Shown one piece after another: positions 40,163 through 45,099 of a stretch of 45,099 nucleotides of DNA. Position numbers and translations under genes: made by a program. Within the stretch, counting starts at the first letter, position 1; each line of letters begins with the position of its first letter. The notes under the pieces were generated by a model. It was not told the DNA's origin. It was given only the letters and a program-made list of their open reading frames with translations, and ran no database searches. The stretch lies in assembly GCA_964596025.1 (NCBI GenBank), contig CAZQTQ010000001.1, forward strand, positions 1 through 45,099, read 5' to 3'. Origin of the DNA: an uncultured Rickettsiales bacterium. Its GTDB lineage: Bacteria; Myxococcota_A; UBA796; UBA9615.

Positions 40163-42534
40163 GGGGCCAACCACCCCAGGACCCGCTGCCAGCGGCAGTG
40201 GCGCATGTCCTCTTCGGCGGCCCGGAAGGCCGCGCCCAACATCTCCGGGCCAACCCGTCTTCGCCCCAGGCACCGCTGGCGCTCCTCAAGAGAGCTTCGG
40301 TAGCCCCGGGCCCCCGCAAGCAGCCCCTGGACCAGCGCGGTCGGGTGCCGCCCGTCGCGCAGGGCGCGGTAGAGATCGGCGGCAAGCTCTAGCGGCACGA
40401 GGTGTGCCGTCTCCTCCAGCACTTCCCTCGGCATCGACTTGAGGAGCAGGTGCACGCGCCCCTCGGCCCAGGCCCGAACCGCCTCCGCGCCCTCGCCCGG
40501 AGCCCGCTCGGCGAGCAGCGGCCAATCGGCGTCGACCTCAACCTGCGCCCCAGAACACAGCCCAGTGCCGTAACCGAGCAGCCGTCCGCGCAAGGCCAGA
40601 TCGGCCGCCGCCAGCTCGCCGGGAAGGCGGGGATCGAAGCCCGCCGCCTCTTCCAGAAGATCCCGACGGAACAGCCCGGCTGCAAGTGAGACGCCAAAGG
40701 GACCGAAGACTGCGGCGGCCGCGTCCTTGCCCGGCAGGACCCGCCCCCACCGCGCCATCGAGAGCGCCGAAGAACCCACCGGCCCACCCGAAGCGACCAA
40801 GGGGAAGGCCAAAGCCCCTGCCTGTGGGTGCTGTTCGACGGCCAAGGTGCTCGCCTTGAGCCAGCCGGTTTGTACTCGGGCTCCAGGCTGGAAGTAGGCA
40901 ATCCACGAGGCGGTACAGGCCTCGGGAACGGCGTTGGCATAACGCGCAAAGGACGCGCCCGGCTGGGCATCGACGAGAGTGGCCCATGAGCAGGCCCGGG
41001 CGGCGGACGGCGCGAGCTCGGAATCGCTTGCATCGGCCACCACCACGATCTCCCGGGGCGGTCCGTCCTCCGCAACAAGGCGGCAAAGGGCCTCCTCGAG
41101 CCAGGCGCCGCTTCCAGCCGGCGCCAGGAGGGCCGCACACAGGCCTGCGCCGCCGATCTCCGAGACGGGAATTCGCGGAGCTGCGGTCGTCGGGCGTTCC
41201 CGGGTCTCCCAGCGCCGGTGCACTCCATGCACGAAGGACACAATCTGCTCAGCGTCCAGCGCCGCGGTGCTGACGACACCCGTGCGGTAGCCGTCGAGAT
41301 CTGAGAAGTCGATGTCGTCCAGCCTCCCGTCCTGCTCCAACTCCTCGTGCAGACGGCTCCCGGGGAAGGGGACGGCGACCGTAAACTGAGCAGAATCGGG
41401 GTCCAACTCGTAGGCCAGATCCAGGGTTCGCTGCATCGTCTCCAGAGTCTCTCCCGGCAGGCCGAACATAAAGGTGAGGTGCACCTTGATGCCCAGGTCT
41501 TGAGCCGTCGCCACCGACCGCCGCACCTTGTCCACGTCCAGGTTCTTCCCGATTTGCTTCAGGCGAGCCGTGTCCGCGCTCTCGACCCCAAACTTCACCG
41601 CCTGCAGACCGGTAGCCCGCAGATCTGCGAGCTGGGCGGGGTCACAGGTGTCCGCGCGCCCCATGAAGGCCCAGGGAAGGTCAACACCCCGCTTGGAAAA
41701 GGCCTTGGCGATGGCTGCGGTCCGCCCCTTCCCCAGGTTGAAGGTGTCGTCGTCGAAGTAGACCGATTCGTAGCCTTGCTCTGCCATGGCGAGCATTTCG
41801 TCTGCCACTGCCAGGGGTCTGCGCGTGCGGTAGAGGTTGTCGGCGTAGAGGATCTGCGGCCAAGCGCAGAAGCTGCACGTAAAGGAGCAGCCCCGACTCG
41901 CCCACATCTGCACCGAAGGGGCGGGGATCCCGCCCGGCAGGTCGTGGTAGCAGTCCATGGGAAAGAGGTGACGGGCCGGCCAGGGCAGAGAGTCCAAGCC
42001 CTGCTGGGACTTCTTGCGGCCCCCGTCAAGGACGGCATCGCCGCGCCGGAGGATGAGCCCTGGAACCGCCTCATCGGGCGCGCCGCCCGAACGAACGAAC
42101 GAGCGGAGCGTCTCCTCATATTCACCGACCAAGGTGCCGTCGATCTCCGGGTGTCGGGCAAGGAAGCCCGGCCCGAACAGCGGCTTGTGGAGCCCAGCCA
42201 AGAGGAGCTGCCCCTGGTAGCCGGCGGAGCGCAGGGCCGAGACGGTCTGTAGATCTTCACTCATTGACGGGGTGCTGACCTCGAGTACGCAGATGGCGGG
42301 CGCCTGCGACGCAAAGCGCTCGACAAAGGCTGCCCGGTCCATGCGTTCGGCGCAGGCGTCGATCACCCCCACCTCGACCCCGTCCTCTTCGAGTACGGCA
42401 GCGGCGTAGCCCATGAGGAAGGGGAAGGGCATGTAGGGCGACTCGCTGCGCTCCATGTGAGGCCAGCGGGACCCCGCGCGGACTCCATACCACCCCGATC
42501 GCAGCCAGGGCGGATTCGCCAAAAGCACCTTCAT
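40159..42534 (-). CDS. B12-binding-domain radical SAM protein fused to a C-terminal GT2-like (glycosyltransferase family 2 fold) domain with degenerate catalytic motifs
   Basis: The N-terminus MKVLLANPPW...GVIDACAE...ICVLEVSTPS is B12-binding-like. The radical SAM motif is SRGCSFTCSFCAW (CX3CX2C). The C-terminal ~320 aa read EIVVVADASDSE..., GLFRRDLLEEAAGFDPRLPGELAAADLALRGRLLGYG, matching the GT2 pattern (eiivvDn.S.D ... GGFDe.f..y.ED.DL..R....G) with acidic residues replaced. Confidence 0.8.
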   Translation of the reverse strand: MKVLLANPPWLRSGWYGVRAGSRWPHMERSESPYMPFPFLMGYAAAVLEEDGVEVGVIDACAERMDRAAFVERFASQAPAICVLEVSTPSMSEDLQTVSALRSAGYQGQLLLAGLHKPLFGPGFLARHPEIDGTLVGEYEETLRSFVRSGGAPDEAVPGLILRRGDAVLDGGRKKSQQGLDSLPWPARHLFPMDCYHDLPGGIPAPSVQMWASRGCSFTCSFCAWPQILYADNLYRTRRPLAVADEMLAMAEQGYESVYFDDDTFNLGKGRTAAIAKAFSKRGVDLPWAFMGRADTCDPAQLADLRATGLQAVKFGVESADTARLKQIGKNLDVDKVRRSVATAQDLGIKVHLTFMFGLPGETLETMQRTLDLAYELDPDSAQFTVAVPFPGSRLHEELEQDGRLDDIDFSDLDGYRTGVVSTAALDAEQIVSFVHGVHRRWETRERPTTAAPRIPVSEIGGAGLCAALLAPAGSGAWLEEALCRLVAEDGPPREIVVVADASDSELAPSAARACSWATLVDAQPGASFARYANAVPEACTASWIAYFQPGARVQTGWLKASTLAVEQHPQAGALAFPLVASGGPVGSSALSMARWGRVLPGKDAAAAVFGPFGVSLAAGLFRRDLLEEAAGFDPRLPGELAAADLALRGRLLGYGTGLCSGAQVEVDADWPLLAERAPGEGAEAVRAWAEGRVHLLLKSMPREVLEETAHLVPLELAADLYRALRDGRHPTALVQGLLAGARGYRSSLEERQRCLGRRRVGPEMLGAAFRAAEEDMRHCRWQRVLGWLAP

Positions 42535-42615
42535 GGGAACACCGACCTCGCATTGTAGCCGGTGAGAAACGGCGAGACCTGCGCCCTTCTTTGTCTGTTG
42601 GGAGCGAGAATTGCG

Positions 42616-42624
42616 TGCTATAGG
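42616..42624 (+). promoter_or_regulatory. Extended -10-like element TGCTATAGG upstream of the acidic-repeat lipoprotein gene
   Basis: Located in the 155-bp divergent intergenic region, ~66 nt before ATG 42690. Confidence 0.3.
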
Positions 42625-42689
42625 CTGCGCCGGCCCTATCTTTGGCTTAGCTCCGGATGTCCAAGACGAACCCTCAGGAAACCGACCGC

Positions 42690-43547
42690 ATGAAGCTCTC
42701 GACGACGATCGCGCTCCTCTCGGCCCTACTCCAGCTCGCCACCGGCTGCAACAGCCGGGGGAGACTCAGCAGCGACGACGACGACGACGACTCCACCGCG
42801 GGAGACGACGATGCGGCAGGTGACGACGACGCAGCCGGTGACGACGACGCCGCCGGTGACGACGACGCGACCGGGGACGACGACGCGACCGGGGACGACG
42901 ACACCACCGGAGATGACGACGACACCGCCGGAGATGACGACGACACCGCCGGAGATGACGACGACACCGCCGGAGATGACGACGACACCGGGGGCGAGGA
43001 TCCGGGCGATGCCTTCGTCGGCGAGAGCTACTGCCTCGACTGGACTACCGCCAACATCGTCGACCCCTCCAACCTCGAGAGCCTGCTTTCCATGATCGGC
43101 ATCACCCTGGGCGAACAGCCGCTGCTGCTGAACCCCACCGCCATCAGCTTGGGGGCCAACGAAATCCTGATGCTGCTGGGGGTCGCGGTCGACGACACCT
43201 GCGTGCAAGACATGACCGCCCCCACCGTCAACATGACCGAGACCACCGCCGGTACCTACGTTCCACCACACTTCGACGTCGGTCCGGCCGACATTTCGGT
43301 GTCGGTCACCGACGGCACGATGGCGGCAGAAGAGGCCATCCTCGGCGGCGACTTCACCGGCGACGCTCAGCAGGTCATCAACGGTACCTTTGTGGGTGCG
43401 CTCGACGTCACCGCCTACAGCTCCTACTGCGGTTTCGTCCTGAGCTGCTTTGTCTGTCCCAGCGGGACCGGCGACTGCATCAACGTAGAGATCCAGGACA
43501 TGGTCTGGAACATCACCACCAACGGCAACCTGGTTGAAGTTCCCTAG
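42690..43547 (+). CDS. Lipoprotein with a long GDDDxx tandem-repeat acidic linker and a Cys-containing C-terminal domain
   Basis: ATG 42690 (AGGAAA upstream) gives MKLSTTIALLSALLQLATG|C. The linker is SSDDDDDDSTA(GDDDAA)x3(GDDDAT)x2 GDDDTT (GDDDDTA)x3 GDDDDTG. The ~185-aa C-terminal domain contains CLDW...DDTCVQD...YCGFVLSCFVCPSGTGDC. Confidence 0.8.
   Translation: MKLSTTIALLSALLQLATGCNSRGRLSSDDDDDDSTAGDDDAAGDDDAAGDDDAAGDDDATGDDDATGDDDTTGDDDDTAGDDDDTAGDDDDTAGDDDDTGGEDPGDAFVGESYCLDWTTANIVDPSNLESLLSMIGITLGEQPLLLNPTAISLGANEILMLLGVAVDDTCVQDMTAPTVNMTETTAGTYVPPHFDVGPADISVSVTDGTMAAEEAILGGDFTGDAQQVINGTFVGALDVTAYSSYCGFVLSCFVCPSGTGDCINVEIQDMVWNITTNGNLVEVP
42801..42992 (+). repeat. Compound in-frame tandem repeat: six 18-bp units followed by four 21-bp units (GDDDxx / GDDDDTx)
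   Basis: The 18-bp units ggWgaYgacgaYgcNgcN shift stepwise (AA, AA, AA, AT, AT, TT). The unit ggagatgacgacgacaccgcc then occurs 3 times identically, plus one variant. Confidence 0.9.
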
Positions 43548-43550
43548 CTC

Positions 43551-45097
43551 CTAGTCGCTGAGGTAACCCAAGCCGCGTAGCTGCTCTTCGAGGCCCCTGG
43601 GGTCTGAACCCGACGCTGCAGTCCGGTCCGCCCCGTCCGAGTCCGCCGCCCAAGGCTCCCGCCAGGGTAGATCGTCCGTCCAAGCCACCTCGCAGGACAA
43701 GAGCGCCTCCATGGGCCTGCCGTCCAGCCCCCGCGGCACCTCCATGCCCAGCAGGGCCAGGCTTGTGGGGCACAGATCCAAGAGCCGCTGGATCGGCAGG
43801 CCCTCATGTGCGCCAATGCCGGGGCCACCCGCGACCACGATGCCGTTCATGCGGTGGTTGCCGGTGTGGTCCACCGCTGGTGGCGCCACCAGCACCCCAG
43901 GCGGGCCGATCTCGCATCCGGCCCGCGTCATCCAGCGGTACTCATGGGGTACGACGATGAGGTCCGGGGCTTGTTCGGCCTGAGCTCCCCAGAAGAGCTG
44001 GTCGCCCCGCAGCACAGAGTCGATGAGCTGAGTCCGGCCGTCCCGCGGATCCCGCAGGGCCAGCAGGCCTTGGGTAATCGCAGCCAGCAGGGCCTCCGCC
44101 TCCGGGCCAGGCTCGACTTGTCCCAAAGGCTCCCGCCCCCGCAAGTTAAGCCAGATGTTTCCCAGAAGACCGCGGGAGTAAGCCCGGGTCTCTTCCCAGA
44201 CGATGTCACCGAAGATGGCCGCAGGCACATCGGCGGAGCGAGGGGCCGGCCGGAGACCGCCCCGCGAGAGGCGTCGACGGAGCCCCGACAGGAGTCCCCA
44301 CAGTCCACCGTGACTGACTTCCGGAGCGACCCCTGGCGGACGATCCACCGTGAGCAATCCCAGGTCCTCGAGCACCGCGTTGAGGTAGAGGTCGCCATCC
44401 AAGTCGCCGAAGCCGTGATCCGAAACGACGACGACCGTAGCCTCGGAACCGGCGACGTGCACCAGCCGGCCCAGCGCTTCGTCGAGCTTCTGGTACACGG
44501 CCTTCACCGCATCGGAGAAGCGCCACTTTGCGCGGCCGGGGTCCTCCCAGGGGAAGGCACTCTGCTTCCAGAAGGCATGCTGTGCTCGATCGGGCGCGAC
44601 AAAGACCCCGACGAACAGGTCCGGTTTCTCGCGGCGAAGCAAGACCTCAGCCACCCGGGCTCGCGCATCGACCATGGCCAAAGTGGCATCGAGAAAGGCC
44701 TGGGGCTCCGCAAACTCGTAGGCGTTGACGTCGATACGGTAGGACGGCACCTCACGCTGCAAGAGCGGTCCAAGGCTGGCGGGATGGCAGCCCTTCTCGA
44801 GCGAGGAAGCTCCCAGTCCCGGCACGAAAACGCAGCCAGGAACTGCGAGCGAAGGATGGGTCAGCGGCACGTTGAGAACCACGGAGCGCAGGCCCCCCTC
44901 GGCGGCAATGTCCCAGAGCGTGGCCCCGTGGCGACGGCAGGCGTCGGTCATCTCGACCCGGTAGGTACCGGGCACACGGTGTCCGAAGTCCCAGATCCCG
45001 TGGCGCCCCGGGTTCAGGCCGGTAAATGCGGAGGTCCAAGCGGCCGGAGAGAGAGGGGGAAGTGTGCTGCGCAGAGGTGCGTAGCAGCCCCGCGCCT
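43551..45097 (-). CDS. Alkaline phosphatase superfamily protein (nucleotide pyrophosphatase/phosphodiesterase-type); 5' end runs off the right edge
   Basis: The track starts this ORF at GTG 44975, but the frame stays open to the window edge. There it encodes ...LPPLSPAAWTSAFTGLNPGRHGIWDF, the family T.P..S..W.s..TG..P..HGI motif. Downstream lie VVVVSDHGFG and HTGNHRMNGIVV (metal-ligand blocks). Confidence 0.8.
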   Translation of the reverse strand, partial: ARGCYAPLRSTLPPLSPAAWTSAFTGLNPGRHGIWDFGHRVPGTYRVEMTDACRRHGATLWDIAAEGGLRSVVLNVPLTHPSLAVPGCVFVPGLGASSLEKGCHPASLGPLLQREVPSYRIDVNAYEFAEPQAFLDATLAMVDARARVAEVLLRREKPDLFVGVFVAPDRAQHAFWKQSAFPWEDPGRAKWRFSDAVKAVYQKLDEALGRLVHVAGSEATVVVVSDHGFGDLDGDLYLNAVLEDLGLLTVDRPPGVAPEVSHGGLWGLLSGLRRRLSRGGLRPAPRSADVPAAIFGDIVWEETRAYSRGLLGNIWLNLRGREPLGQVEPGPEAEALLAAITQGLLALRDPRDGRTQLIDSVLRGDQLFWGAQAEQAPDLIVVPHEYRWMTRAGCEIGPPGVLVAPPAVDHTGNHRMNGIVVAGGPGIGAHEGLPIQRLLDLCPTSLALLGMEVPRGLDGRPMEALLSCEVAWTDDLPWREPWAADSDGADRTAASGSDPRGLEEQLRGLGYLSD

Positions 45098-45099
45098 TC

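Overview
High-GC segment (roughly two-thirds G+C by eye) that looks chromosomal. I support 29 protein-coding genes and one pseudogene. I found no rRNA, tRNA, CRISPR array, transposase or integrase. The gene style (giant Ser/Thr kinases fused to STAND-like ATPase/TPR regions, an FHA-sigma54 activator, many lipoproteins with Asp-rich linkers) suggests a Myxococcota-like organism; this is inference only.

Gene order, left to right:
- 1-6 kb: GT4 glycosyltransferase (partial, missing from the ORF track), DAACS symporter, a mosaic secreted/beta-barrel protein, an ApbE-like protein, and an acidic-repeat lipoprotein.
- 6-15 kb, minus strand: a translationally coupled operon of two ~1200-aa kinase-ATPase-TPR proteins, a small N6-MTase-like protein and SrkA. 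An FHA-sigma54 enhancer-binding protein is transcribed divergently from it.
- 16.6-19 kb: a large lipoprotein peptidoglycan hydrolase, preceded by the best regulatory signal in the window. This is a near-consensus sigma54 -24/-12 promoter with two upstream dyad repeats and an IHF-like patch.
- 19-26 kb, minus strand: a run of HDOD/REC, PepP, YjbQ, MalQ and a YkgJ/FliB-like Cys-cluster protein.
- 27-42.5 kb: the most unusual region, a lipoprotein/membrane-rich cluster. It holds three divergent paralogs of a polytopic-membrane + beta-propeller protein and a YfhO (GT-C) protein fused in frame to a type-I periplasmic-binding domain through a fossil lipoprotein signal peptide. It also holds a free paralog of that binding domain, two B12-binding radical SAM proteins (one fused to a degenerate GT2-like domain), YceI, and an internally deleted, frameshifted epimerase relic. 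I read this as a candidate uncharacterised envelope glycoconjugate-modification system (inference).
- Right end: a second acidic-repeat lipoprotein and a partial alkaline-phosphatase-family gene.

The many long ORFs on opposite strands or alternative frames are high-GC shadow ORFs and were rejected.
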